Source of the DNA: Macrostomum lignano
Taxonomy: Eukaryota
Direction of reading: 5' to 3'
DNA length: 64,000 bases
NCBI GenBank assembly: GCA_002269645.1
Contig: NIVC01003293.1
Span: forward strand, 1 to 64,000
In this document: positions 12,160-24,944 of the stretch, in pieces
Position numbering within the stretch: the stretch's first letter is position 1
How the letters are laid out: the number at the start of each line of letters is the position of its first letter
The notes under the pieces: generated by a model
Told to the model about the DNA's origin: nothing
Databases searched by the model: none
What the model saw: the letters and a program-made list of their open reading frames with translations, nothing else
Position numbers and translations under genes: made by a program

Positions 12160-14835
12160 TCATCATTAAATCATTATTCAGAGCTTCGAAATCATTATTA
12201 TTCAACTCTTCGAAATCATTATTATTCACTCTTCGAAATCATTATTATTCACTCTTCGAAATCATTATTATTCAACTCTTCGAAATCACTATTATTCAAC
12301 TCTTCGAAATCATTATTATTCACTCTTCGAAATCATTATTATTCAACTCTTCGAAATCATTATTATTCACTCTTCGAAATCATTATTATTCACTCTTCGA
12401 AATCATTATTATTCACTCTTCGAAATCATTATTATTCACTCTTCGAAATAACTATTATTCACCATTTGAAATCATTATTATTCAACTCTTCGAAATCATT
12501 ATTATTCACTCTTCGAAATCATTATTATTCACTCTTCGAAATAACTATTATTCACTCTTCGAAATCATTATTATTCACTCTTCGAAATAACTATTATTCA
12601 CCATTTGAAATCATTATTATTCACTCTTCGAAATCATTATTATTCACTCTTCGAAATCACTATTATTCAACTCTTCGAAATCATTATTATTCACTCTTCG
12701 AAATCATTATTATTCACTCTTCGAAATAACTATTATTCACCATTTGAAATCATTATTATTCACTCTTCGAAATCATTATTATTCAACTCTTCGAAATCAC
12801 TATTATTCAACTCTTCGAAATCATTATTATTCAACTCTTCGAAATCACTATTATTCAACTCTTCGAAATCATTATTATTCACTCTTCGAAATCATTATTA
12901 TTCACTCTTCGAAATCATTATTATTCAACTCTTCGAAATCACTATTATTCAACTCTTCGAAATCATTATTATTCAACTCTTCGAAATCACTATTATTCAA
13001 CTCTTCGAAATCATTATTATTCACTCTTCGAAATCATTATTATTCAACTCTTCGAAATCATTATTATTCACTCTTCGAAATCACTATTATTCAACTCTTC
13101 GAAATCATTATTATTCACTCTTCGAAATCATTATTATTCAACTCTTCGAAATCATTATTATTCAACTCTTCGAAATCATTATTATTCAACTCTTCGAAAT
13201 CATTATTATTCACTCTTCGAAATAACTATTATTCACCATTTGAAATCATTATTATTCACTCTTCGAAATCATTATTATTCAACTCTTCGAAATCATTATT
13301 TATTCACTCTTCGAAATCATTATTATTCACTCTTCGAAATCATTATTATTCACTCTTCGAAATCATTATTATTCACTCTTCGAAATCATTATTATTCACT
13401 CTTCGAAATCATTATTATTCAACTCTTCGAAATCATTATTATTCACTCTTCGAAATAACTATTATTCACCATTTGAAATCATTATTATTCACTCTTCGAA
13501 ATCATTATTATTCACTCTTCGAAATCATTATTATTTAACTCTTCGAAATCATTATTATTCAACTCTTCGAAATCACTATTATTCAACTCTTCGAAATCAT
13601 TATTATTCACTCTTCGAAATAACTATTATTCACCATTTGAAATCATTATTATTCAACTCTTCGAAATCATTATTATTCACTCTTCGAAATCATTATTATT
13701 CACTCTTCGAAATCATTATTATTCAACTCTTCGAAATCATTATTATTCACTCTTCGAAATAACTATTATTCACCATTTGAAATCATTATTATTCACTCTT
13801 CGAAATCATTATTATTCACTCTTCGAAATCATTATTATTTAACTCTTCGAAATCATTATTATTCAACTCTTCGAAATCATTATTATTCAACTCTTCGAAA
13901 TCATTATTATTCACTCTTCGAAATAACTATTATTCACCATTTGAAATCATTATTATTCACTCTTCGAAATCATTATTATTCACTCTTCGAAATCACTATT
14001 ATTTAACTCTTCGAAATCATTATTATTCAACTCTTCGAAATCACTATTATTCAACTCTTCGAAATCATTATTATTCAACTCTTCGAAATCATTATTATTC
14101 ACTCTTCGAAATCATTATTATTCACTCTTCGAAATCATTATTATTCACTCTTCGAAATCACTATTATTCACCATTTGAAATCATTATTATTCAACTCTTC
14201 GAAATCATTATTATTCACTCTTCGAAATCACTATTATTCAACTCTTCGAAATCATTATTATTCACTCTTCGAAATCATTATTATTCACTCTTCGAAATCA
14301 CTATTATTCACTCTTCGAAATCATTATTATTCACTCTTCGAAATCATTATTATTCACTCTTCGAAATCACTATTATTCACCATTTGAAATCATTATTATT
14401 CACCATTTGAAATCATTATTATTCACCATTTGAAATCATTATTATTCACCATTTGAAATCATTATTATTCAACTCTTCGAAATCATTATTATTCAACTCT
14501 TCGAAATCACTATTATTCAACTCTTCGAAATCATTATTATTCACTCTTCGAAATCATTATTATTCACTCTTCGAAATCATTATTATTCAACTCTTCGAAA
14601 TCATTATTATTCAACTCTTCGAAATCATTATTATTCACTCTTCGAAATCATTATTATTCACTCTTCGAAATAATTATTATTTAACTCTTCGAAATCATTA
14701 TTCATAGCTTCGAAATCATTATTCATAGCTTCGAAATCATTATTCATAGCTTCGAAATCATTATTCATAGCTTCGAAATCATTATTCATAGCTTCGAAAT
14801 CATTATTCATAGCTTCGAAATCATTATTCAGAGCT
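12160..14835. repeat. 23/24-bp minisatellite (CACTCTTCGAAATCATTATTATT)n, 2.7 kb, ending in a 21-bp variant
   Basis: More than 110 copies. Confidence 0.98.
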
Positions 14836-15589
14836 TCGAAGTCATCATTAGCTTTCCACTCCACATTACTACTCGTACATCTCGATGGCCTGGTCTCCAT
14901 CTCTGTAACTCCATCTCCAAGCGGCCAATCTCCATGTGCCGCATGTATTGGTGTTGGAAACCTTCTACCCATGCCTATGCCAAGTCCAAGCTGGCTCTGC
15001 GTGAAAAAGTGACAGCGCAATACTTTGAAGCTATTGGTCAAGCAGTGCCAGCAAGGAATGAATTATATGCCAGGAGAGAAAGAGATTAGGTGAGGGAAGG
15101 GGAGAGAGGGAGAGAAGGGGGAAGAAGATGGGCGCAGTCAAAAGACCGATGGCTACGAAGGGGAAAATAGAATGACCCGATCCTTATTCCACGGCAGAGA
15201 ATTAACGGGGCGAAGAATGAAAAAAGAGAGAAAGAAGAAAAGTGGAAAAAGCATAAATTGCAACTATAAGCACCGTGCCAGCCCCCCCCCAGCAGCCTTG
15301 TTTCTTGTGTCCAACTACCCCTGCGTTCCTCTGTCAGATGCCGAACGGATAGACAGGAAACTGAAGTCATATTCTGCCGCAGTTTGGTTGCTTCAGAGAT
15401 AAGACATCCTTTCGTGCGTGCTTGCGCAGTCCTTCTCCTCTATCTGCCATTTGCCCTGAACACGTTGCTGCTTTTGTTTAATCACAGAAGAAGAATTTGT
15501 GTTTCACTTTGGAACTGTTCTGCACTTATCAGAATATGATTTATGAGCGTCTGCAGTAAAACTGCGGATCTTTAATCCTCTTGCTGGCT

Positions 15590-16270
15590 GTGACCACTAA
15601 CTCACGGCTTTCACTGTCATTTGTGTGACTTGTGTTCACCAAATCACTCCCTTCACAGTGATTTGTGTCCACTAACTCAAGTCTTTCTTTGACATTTGTG
15701 TCCACCAACTCACTCCCTTCACTGTGATGTGTGTCCAACAACTCACGTCTTTCTCTGTCATTTGTGTCCACCAACTCCCTCCCTTCACTATGCTTTGTGT
15801 CCACCAACTCAAGTCTTTCTCTGTCATTTGTGTCCACCAACTCACTCCCTTCATTGTGATGTGTGTCCATTAACTCACGTCTTTCTCTGTGATTTGTGTC
15901 CACCAACTCAAGTCTTTCTCTGTCATTTGTGTCCACCAACTCACTCCCTTCATTGTGATGTGTGTCCATTAACTCACGTCTTTCTCTGTGATTTGTGTCC
16001 ACCAACTCAAGTCTTTCTCTGTCATTTGTGTCCACCAACTTAAGTCTTTCTCTGTCATTTGTGTCCACCAACTCACTCCCTTCACTGTGATGTGTGTCCA
16101 CTAACTCACGTCTTTGTCTGTGATTTGTGTCCACCAACTCAAGTCTTTCTCTGTCATTTGTGTCCTTTAACTCACTCTTTCACTATATTTTTTCACCAAC
16201 TCACTCCCTTGACTGTGGCTTATGTCCAGCAAGTCACTCCCTTCACTGCAATTCGTGTCCACTATCTACT
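15590..16270. repeat. 33-bp minisatellite with recurring variant units
   Basis: Minus-strand translation is ELVDTNHRERR-type 11-mers. Confidence 0.93.
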
Positions 16271-16659
16271 CACTTCTCTTATAGCTTCCAAGTAAGATTT
16301 ATAAAACATTATTCTACGCAAAAGAAACATGATTTCTTCTATTTTTGTTGGAAAAGCAGAAAGTTAACACGCAATGTTCCGCTTCGCTGCGGCAATATGA
16401 CTGCTGGCATAAAATAACAATGCAACTGTCAGTTGGGAAATCGCTAAAGCGCATCTTAGGGAGCGGGACCACCTGCTGGGTTCTATTGCGTAACTAATTT
16501 TGACAGCTCTATCTTAGCTGTAATTGCTGGCTTTAAAGGTTGACGAGTGTTAAGGTAAATGCTGTAGAAGAAGTATAGAATCTGCATGTGTTGAAGGCTC
16601 CTTGCAATGAAACGAATCGAGGGATTGATAGCTGTGTCTTTTTGTATCTGTTCGATATC

Positions 16660-17180
16660 TGTGTCTTTTCTGTTTTACCTGCGTACAGCTGTGTCCTTGT
16701 GTCTGCTGTCTCGTGTCTCGTGTCTCTGTGTCTGTGTACGTGTATTTATGTCTCACTGTATTAGTGAATGTCTGTGTGTGTCTCACTGTCTTAGTGTGTG
16801 TGTGTGTGTGTCTCACTTTCTTAGTGTATGTCTGTGTGTGTGTGTCACTGTCTTAGTGTATGTCTGAGTGAGTGAGTGAGTGAGTGAGTGAGTGAGTGAG
16901 TGAGTGAGTGAGTGATTGTACTGTCTTAGTATTTGTGTGTGTGTCTCACTTTCTTAGTGTATGTCTGTGTGTGTGTCACTGTCTTAGTGTATGTCTGTGT
17001 GTGTGTGTCACTGTCTTAGTGTATGTCCGTGTCTGTGTGTCTCAATGCCCTTCTGTGCCTGATGTCAATGTGTTACAGCGTCTCAGTGTCCGTGTCTCAG
17101 TGTCTTTTTTCTGATATCAATGTGTCTCTGTCTGTGTCTGTCTTGATGTGTCTCAGTGCTTGTCTCTTGATTGATGTCAC
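16660..17180. repeat. TG-rich low-complexity sequence plus (GAGT)n microsatellite
   Basis: (TG)n tracts; (GAGT)n at 16865-16913. Confidence 0.9.
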
Positions 17181-17774
17181 TATGTCCCTACATGTGTGTT
17201 CCGGCATCGCTGCAGTCTTTCACTCTCGCATTGTTTCCATGTCTTTAGTAAATATTTCATGAGTGGAGTTCATGTCTGAAAGCTAGGCCCTGCTGTGGTC
17301 TAGCTGTGTCTCTCGTGAAAAAAAATAGTAAAACTGCTCATGCATCTCCGTGACTGAGCAAACAGTCTCAACAGAGCTATTCTACATCAATTTATGCCAG
17401 CTCATATGCAGCCAAACGCTGCTTTTCTTAGTCACGAAATCTCAATAAGAGAAAGTTTTGTGCATTCTAAATTTCGTAGGCTTTTTATCTACGAGCGCTT
17501 TTTTTGCTCGTAGCTCGTAGGCTATTTTTGCGTATAGCATTCCACACATGAGATGGCATCAGTATAGTGAATTCCAATCGGCAAAAACTACGGTAGGAAA
17601 TTTTTGGTTTATACTTCTTTTAGAATTGAAGAAAATTTTAAATGCTTCTATTTAATGCTATTGCTAAAAGCATTTTAAAGATTTTATGAAATAGGTTTTC
17701 CGATCGTAACAGGTCACGACGTTGACACTTTATTTAAATCTTCTACAGCGCTATAAGAAGTAGTATAAATTGCC

Positions 17775-18325
17775 TGCCTGTGGCGCCAAAATGAGTGTCT
17801 GCCTGCGAAGCCAAAATGAGTGTCTGCATGCGGAGCCAAAATGAGTGTCTGCCTGCGGAGCCAAAATGAGTGTCTGCCTGCGAAGCCAAAATGAGTGTCT
17901 GCCTGCGGAGCCAAAATGAGTGTCTGCCTGCAGCGCCAAAATGAGTGCCTGTCTGCGGCGCCAAAGGAGTGCCTGTCTACGGTACCAAAACGAGTTCCTG
18001 CGGCGCCAAAATGAGTGCCTGCCTGCGGCGCCAAAATGAGTGCCTGCCTACGGCGCCAAAGTGAGTGCCTGCCTACGACGCCAAAATGAGTGCCTGCGGC
18101 GCCAAAACGAGTGCCTGTGGCGCTAAAAAGAGTGCTTGCGGCGTCAAAATAAGTGTCTGCCTGCATCGCCAAAATGAGTGCCTGCGGCGCCAAAATGAGT
18201 GCCTGCAGCCTGCGGCGCCAAAATGCAAAATGACTGCCTGACTACGGTGCCAAAATGAATGCCTATGGCGCCAAAATGAGTGTCTTCGGCGCCAAAATGA
18301 GTGCCTGTCTACGGTGCCAAAATGC
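17775..18325. repeat. About 25-bp minisatellite (GCCAAAATGAGTGTCTGCCTGCGGA)n
   Basis: About 22 diverged copies. Confidence 0.95.
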
Positions 18326-19297
18326 GTGCTAGCAACACCGATTCTCAAAATAATGTACAAGTGGGAATTTAGTCATGTACATGTAGAATTCTTGGCTTTG
18401 TCCGTCCCACCATAAAATCCATGGCGACGCCCCTGTAAGCTATTAAGTTATAATTAATTGATGTAGCTAATATTATAATATACTCAATACACACAGAAAG
18501 AAATAATCACATAATGTACGTACTCTACTACTGATAGTATGTAAATCAGTATATGCAATTGACTTAATGTAGCTATTTTTTCTGAGGGGACAAACGTTGT
18601 CTTTATTATGAACAATAAAGAAAAGAAATAAAATTATTTAAACCATTATTTAACCAATTTAAATCGGGATTTAAACTACGAGTATAAAATAAGAAGTTAC
18701 CTCATACTATTATATGGTAGCTGGGGGTATACTTATTTAAATATATTTTATAAAATTCTAGACAATAAACAACCTGACTAGAGATTAATTTTTTCAGCCT
18801 TTTATTAATAGAAAATAAATATACATTTTAGAAAATATAAGCTATGGTACAGATAATTACCAATATTGATAATTATCAATATTATCAATATTAGTTACAA
18901 TATTGATCTGATTAGTTTTATAATATAAATAAGAATATAATAGAATTGTCAAATAATAGAAAAAGTTATATTATTTACTATATAAGAAAAAATACTTAAA
19001 TAATAAATAAATAATAGTCATAGAAATTTACTAAAATTATGTTTTCTATAGATTGTTTTGTTAAAATGGGTTATTAAGGACACATATTTTGAATGGTTCA
19101 ATTTAACAACAGGACGCATCTTGCAAAATGTAATTACACAGGCGATGGTTTGGTAAATATATATTATGGAAAAATATTAGGACTATTAGACGTTATTTGT
19201 GGAATATTGGTTCGCTTAATAGTTGATTCTTGTACTGTACTCAAAGTTTTTAAATATTGGCAAGCCGTAAACGGCCGTGACCCTTGTGATTCACGTA

Positions 19298-19625
19298 ACC
19301 TGGAAACCCAGTCAGAGATTCCTGGAAAACCAGCTAGAGATCCCTGGAAACCCAGTTAGAGATCCCTGGAAACCCAGTTGGAGATTCCTGGAAACACATT
19401 TAGATATTCCTGGAAACCCAGTTAGAGATTCCTGGAAACCCAGCTAGAGATCCCTGGAAACCCAGCTAGAGATTCCTGGAAACCCAGCTAAAGATTCCTG
19501 GAAACACATTTAAATATTCCTGGAAACCCAGCTATAGAGATCCCTGGAAACCCAGCTAGAGATTCTTGGAAACCCAGCTAGAGATCCCTGGAAACCCAGT
19601 TAGAGATTCCTGGAAACACAGTGAG
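19298..19625. repeat. 22-bp minisatellite (CCTGGAAACCCAGCTAGAGATT)n
   Basis: About 15 copies just 3' of the LAMP stop codon. Confidence 0.95.
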
Positions 19626-19751
19626 AGATCAAAGCCAAAGCCAAAGCCAAAGTCAAAGCCAAACCCGACTATCTTGAAAACCATAAAAAACGTCTATGTA
19701 GCGATCCCTAAAATCCCGTCCTAATTCTCTCTCCCAGAAGCTCCTCGCCGG

Positions 19752-19903
19752 TCACTCAACGCTGGAATAGGCGGAGCTCTTGTTCAACCGAGTGGCCAAG
19801 AAGCCGCACACGATAACTAACACGCAGACGGCCAGAATGCCTGAGATCACCATAATAACTGTGCTTCTGGCCTGCTTATCGGAGTCTGCCTCGCATAGGA
19901 ATG
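19752..19903 (-). CDS. LAMP exon 5 (final Cys, TM helix, cytosolic tail)
   Basis: Acceptor atttgcag|CA; FLCEADSDKQARSTVIMVISGILAVCVLVIVCGFLATRLNKSSAYSSVE*. Confidence 0.88.
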
Positions 19904-20369
19904 CTGCAAATTTTACGAGTACACTTGTTGCTGTATTATTAAGGCAATGCCACTCTCTAAAAGGATGATTCTTTGAGTTAAAAATCCAAATACCTTGCGT
20001 TCTAACCCTCCTATTCTCACTCTCAAATGTCTGTCTCTCCTCTACCCATCTCCCACTGCCAATCGCTCCCCTATCTTAGTCGCCCACCATCTCACTTTCT
20101 CACTCTCCTATTTCATTCTCTCCTAATCTCATTCCCTCTCCATCTCACTCTCTCCCTATCTCATACTCTCTCCATCTGACTCTCTCTACCCATCTCATAT
20201 TCACCCCATCTGAATCTGTCTCCTAATCTCGTAGTCTCTCCATCTCACTCTCTCTCTTATCTCACTCTCTTGCTATCTCACTCTCTCCCCATCTCACCCC
20301 ACCTATCTCACTGTCTTCCCATCTTACTCTTCTCCCTAATCTCATTTTCGCTCCATCCCACTCTCTCCT

Positions 20370-20432
<63 letters not shown>

Positions 20433-23400
20433 CTCCCTCTCTCTCTCTCTCTCCTAATCTCTCTACCCATATCACTCGCTTTTTCTCTTTGTTTCACTGA
20501 AAATCATCTTATCATCAGATCAATTTCCTGTCTATTATAAACGATTGTGCTTTTCTCCAACACTCACGTCCTTCCAGCAACCCGCCCTTCGGTGCGGTGG
20601 ACTTGAACACGTCAATCAGAACTTTAGAAAACGTAACTGTGGCGCACGGAGGTGGAGTCTTCTTCTTCAAGGAAGTCTTATGCGGTTGAAGCTCCGAACT
20701 GTCCGTCTGATGGAGTTGGACGAACTCTGAAGATTCGCACTTGAAGGTCAGGCCGAGAGGCGAGGCGAAAAGGAAGGTTCGACCTTTGCTGACGAATGTT
20801 ATTACGGGATCGACGCCTAGAATTCGAAAGTAGGAAGAATATTTACGCCCGTATAATTAGAATTGATTACACCTGCCTAATAGGGAGATGTGCAACCGAA
20901 AGCTGTTCAGTCCAAAAACTGGGGGTCGCCACACACACACCCTTAATTACCCCAGCTAATGCTGGCACAAAATTGTTCCTAGTGGGCCGAGTATCGAACC
21001 AACGACCTTTCAGTCGTGAGTCGATGCTCTAACCATGCACTAGGTTGCAGCCCCGTTTCTAAAGAGAGAAGAAAATCATTTTAGTTAATTGGCTGAATAC
21101 TCATCATCAAAACCTCCACGATTCTTCAGCTGGAGCCGCTACCCACCCCACCCCCACGATCCTTCAACTGCAGCGGGCTACCCACCCCCACGGCCCCACC
21201 CCCAACCCCCATGATCCTTCAACTGGAGCGGGCTACACAGCCCCAACCCCCCTGATCCTTCAACTGTAGCGGGCTACCCACCCCACGGCCCTACCCCCAA
21301 CCCCCATGATCCTTCAACTGGAGCGGGCTACCCAGCCCCAACCCCATGATCCTTCAACTGGAGCGGGCTACCCAGCCCCAACCCCCATGATCCTTCAACT
21401 GGAGCGGGCTACCCAGCCCCAACCCCCATGATTCTTCAACTGAGCGGGCTACCCACCCCACGGCACCACCCCAACCCCATGATCCTTCAACTGGAGCGGG
21501 CTACCCAGCCCCAACCCCCATGATCCTTCAACTGGAGCGGGCTACCCAGCCCCAACCCCCATGATCCTTCAACTGGAGCGGGCTACCCAGCCCCAACCCC
21601 CATGATCCTTCAACTGGAGCGGGCTACCCAGCCCCAACCCACATTATTCTTCAACTGGAGCGGGCTACCCAGCCCCAACCCACATTATTCTTCAACTGGA
21701 GCGGGCTTACCCACCCCCAAACCCCCATGATCCTTCAACTGGAGCGGGCTACCCAGCCCCAACCCCCACGACTCTTCAACTGGAGCGGGCTACCCAGCCC
21801 CAACCCACATTATTCTTCAACTGGAGCGGGCTACCCAGCCCCAACCCACATTATTCTTCAACTGGAGCGGGCTACCCAGCCCCAACCCACATTATTCTTC
21901 AACTGGAGCGGGCTTACCCACCCCAAACCCCCATGATCCTTCAACTGGAGCGGGCTACCCAGCCCCAACCCCCACGACTCTTCAACTGGAGCGGGCTACC
22001 CAGCCCCAACCCCCACGACTCTTCAACTGGAGCGGGCTACCCAGCCCCAACCCCCACGACTCTTCAACTGGAGCGGGCTACCCAGCCCCAACCCCCACGA
22101 CTCTTCAACTGCCCACCCCAACCCCAACAATTTTTCAGCTGGAGCGACGCTACTCATGCCCAAATGATAAGTAATAAAAAAATTAATTGCAACTCCCCAC
22201 CTGGCCCAATGCTGGCGTTCGCAAAGACAGGATCTCCCAAATCGACAATCAGCGTCAGTCGGTTGATGAAATTGTAGGCAGCAATAGACTGAAATTAGGA
22301 TTTTTTGGATAATTACTGTTGTATAAAGCTTTCTCCAATTAGCGCATGAACAGTATTTAAACTATTTACTTACAGTCATAATTTGCGGACTGTAAAAGTT
22401 CTGAAGTGAAAATAGCAGACAAGTAGATTTATTTTATATCGTTATGCTCTTAGAAAATCGCAAGAAGATGAAAAAGTATCTGCCTATTAAAAACTGAAGC
22501 CAAATTTAATACATCCTCAATATCCTTTCTACACCACCTGTGTCTATTATCAATAGTACACCACCCGAACCCATTAGTACACCAGTTAGAACACCACCCG
22601 AACCCATTAGTACACCATTTAGAACACCACCTGAACCCATTAGTACACCATTTAGAACACCACCCGAACCCATTAGTACACCATTTAGAACACCACCCGA
22701 ACCCATTAGTACACCATTTAGAACACCACCCGAACCCATTAGTACACCATTTAGAACACCACCCGAACTTATTAGTACACCATTTAGAACACCACCCGAA
22801 CCCCAGTGAGCGCAAACTGTCGCAGCTATCAGGTGCACCTCCTGTCTGAAGTCAAATCTCAGCCGGAATCTTCCAGAATTCCAGGTCAGCAGCACCCAAG
22901 CGGTTTCATTTCCGCAGCGACCGCTAATCTTAGTTGTTTCATTGGCAGTCGGACTTCTCAGTTCCGGCATGGTAACAGTTGCTAGGCAGTCGGAGGTGAA
23001 GTTAGCGCACCTGTAGCGCACATTGACGCTCAGAGATAGATCGGCGCTTACGCATTCTGTGCCATTTCGAGCTGACAGACTGAAGTAACACTCGGCATTG
23101 CTGCAGCTGATGCTGGTTGCTGTGGAGGCAAAAGTTATTAATAAATAGCTTATTAAAATAGTTAGTATCTGTGGATAATCATGATCATAGATATGACAGT
23201 TGCAATTCACAGCCATTGTGGGCCAACCCCCAAGGCACAGAGACATGCCTGACCGATTAGAAAGTCAGGACCTCTGTACACCCTGTGTGAGCGTCTGTAT
23301 GAGTTGCTTGCCTGCGTACAGCATTGGCGCGCTTGTGTGTGCTCAGTTTTCAAGGGCATCTTGTCAATCTTGTCAAACTTACCGCTAATCAATGAAATTG

Positions 23401-23446
23401 CTTGAACAACAAAAGCAGACACGAGCACAAAAACAGCAAAAGACAT
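19752..23446 (-). CDS. LAMP-family lysosome-associated membrane glycoprotein with a single LAMP domain; exons 23383-23446, 22839-23119, 22201-22288, 20568-20783, 19752-19903 (266 aa)
   Basis: Signal peptide MSFAVFVLVSAFVVQAIS. LAMP-fold motifs NGTECVSADLSLSVNVRY, SGRCGNETAWVLLTW..FRLRFDF, FASPLGLTFKCES, VTFSKVLIDVF, FLCEAD. TM helix and short tail ending AYSSVE* (Yxx-hydrophobic sorting motif). Exon lengths sum to 801 nt with consistent phases. Confidence 0.88.
19990..20480. repeat. CT-rich low-complexity sequence and (CT)n in LAMP intron 4
   Basis: Polypyrimidine tract with (CT)n at 20374-20452. Confidence 0.88.
20568..20783 (-). CDS. LAMP exon 4
   Basis: GRTFLFASPLGLTFKCES...ATVTFSKVLIDVF...; frame requires the AAG acceptor at 20784; donor C|gtgagt. 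Confidence 0.8.
20861..21054 (-). mobile_element. tRNA-derived SINE, family A (shortened copy) in LAMP intron 3
   Basis: Head GGGGCTG...TGGTTAGAGC...CTCACGACTGAAAGGTCGTTGGTTCGATAC (A/B boxes); body matches 55296-55600. Confidence 0.8.
21120..22130. repeat. About 41-bp minisatellite (CCCCCATGATCCTTCAACTGGAGCGGGCTACCCAGCCCCAA)n in LAMP intron 3
   Basis: About 24 copies. Confidence 0.96.
22201..22288 (-). CDS. LAMP exon 3 (SIAAYNFINRLTLIVDLGDPVFANASIGP)
   Basis: Acceptor aatttcag|TCT; donor G|gtgggg. Confidence 0.8.
22552..22805. repeat. 33-bp minisatellite in LAMP intron 2
   Basis: About 7.5 copies; translates as STPFRTPPEPI / GSGGVLNGVLM. Confidence 0.95.
22839..23119 (-). CDS. LAMP exon 2
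   Basis: Acceptor ttttgcctccacag|CA; conserved Cys pair; donor GAG|gtgcac. Confidence 0.85.
23383..23446 (-). CDS. LAMP exon 1 (signal peptide)
   Basis: ATG at 23446, hydrophobic stretch, phase-1 donor G|gtaagt. Confidence 0.8.
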
Positions 23447-24252
23447 TTTTTTAAATGACTATCAAGGAATTTCAATTTTTAAAACAAATTGTTTGATTTT
23501 TTTATAATTTTGCAAAGTCGGGAGGCAGTCCTGTTGTCTCTGCAGCAATCAAGCCAATGCCCCCTGAGGCCCTGCGCGAGTGTTGCGTCGCTCTGCCAAT
23601 GCCCAGCCGGGCCTGTTTTATCAGCAGTTTTTCCGCGTGTGCAGACTGCAGGTTTATCATTGCTGTCCCAGCCTCCCTGGGGGCCGCGGGGTTGGGTTGG
23701 GTGAGAAAAGATGAGGGGAAGAGAGGGGGAAAGAGTGAAGCAAAGTGAGGCTGGCCAGGTTTAAGGACATCGAGATGAAGCATCTGAGAAGGGAAACTAG
23801 GAATTCATGTAAAGTGGCTCGCTTAGCAGGTAAAATAAAGAGAAATCCGAAAATCAACATGTGGTTTTTTCGACGCGTTTCGCACACCAAGGTGCATCGT
23901 CAGGTATATTGTTTGAAACGAAAGGTGCGAGTAAGCGAATTTATAAATTATTTGTCAATAAAAATTATGTAGCTGGTGAGTAAGTATTTTGTATGTACAA
24001 AGTAGTAGGAGGTTGAAAGTCCGTAGGGCGGGGCGAAGACCAATGGGCAGAAAACAAAATATAATTGAATGAGCACATGGTTACAACAAGGTCAGTGCAA
24101 GGTCAGTGCTCTCTCACTCAGAATACACGGAGAACATGACCTGCACCACTGTGTTGGAGTTGTGCATTAAGGGTGGGCGACTGGTTTTTTATGTACACAG
24201 GCTTCTAAGATCTTGAGCTTGTGATCAGATGGGCATTGATCGATGATTTTAA

Positions 24253-24944
24253 CCTTAAGAAGTCGGGAAGGTCGCTTTCGACCACTTACAACTCCCCAGC
24301 GCAGTCGGTTCAAAATATCTATGGCCAGCGCTCAAATTCTCTACCCACCGTTCCAGTCGGCTATGGGTCGAACTCGACCAAAAATAGAAGTAAAGCAAAC
24401 AAACTTTTCAAAAACAGTAACAACAGTAACAAACCAGCAAACATAGCGGGAAAGTTTCATTCAAATTTCAAAAGCATTCAAAGCTTTCTAACACCTTAGA
24501 AACCTTAGATAATGGTTCTTTAATTATTGTGCCACGTGCCAAAGCAGTTCAGAAGACACAGTGGTGGGACGCCAGGACACTGCGAGCAGACGTATACTGT
24601 TTTTTTTTGACACTGTCGGCATCGACGCCTCGGTCGATTTTGCCCAACAACCTGGCCCGACTTGCTTGGAATGTGCCCGGCTGCGGCGGGTGCTCGACCG
24701 ACCCGAACCGAAACGCAACGTCTGCCTGGCCCAGATTGTTAAATCAAATTCTTGATCGCAACTTCCAGGAAGCTGAGGAAGCTCTTTGTTCCTCCAACAT
24801 TATGATAAACGATCCAAGCATTGCGAACTAGAAGCAGGATGATGTGAAAACCGAGCTTCTGAAACCATTTCTGCGTCTTCCTGTTCGGATGGTACGGCTG
24901 GAGTCCACTGTCCAGGCGATCTACGCCGCCCATAAAAGACGTTA
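24253..24944 (-). mobile_element. piggyBac DNA transposon, 3' remnant (transposase C-terminus, Cys-rich domain, one TIR with TTAA)
   Basis: MGGVDRLD...RKTQKWFQKLGFHIILLLVRNAWIVY, then RRRCRQCQKK / TVYVCSQCPGVPPLCLLNCFGTWH (frameshifted). End TTAA(24249-24252)CCTTAAGAAGTCGGG, with subterminal GGTCG-N4-CGACC motifs near 24269 and 24367. Confidence 0.85.

Noticed and set aside
12054-15041. Hydrophobic IIIQLFE/SSKSLLF and NNDFEAM ORFs
   Set aside because: Translations of the 23/24/21-bp satellite.
19093-19359. AT-rich ORF or possible organellar insertion
   Set aside because: No recognisable mitochondrial or other protein motif.
22506-22838. GSGGVLNGVLM repeat as the C-terminus of the 22506-23246 ORF
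   Set aside because: It lies in LAMP intron 2 after the donor at 22838; the spliced model supplies the real C-terminus.
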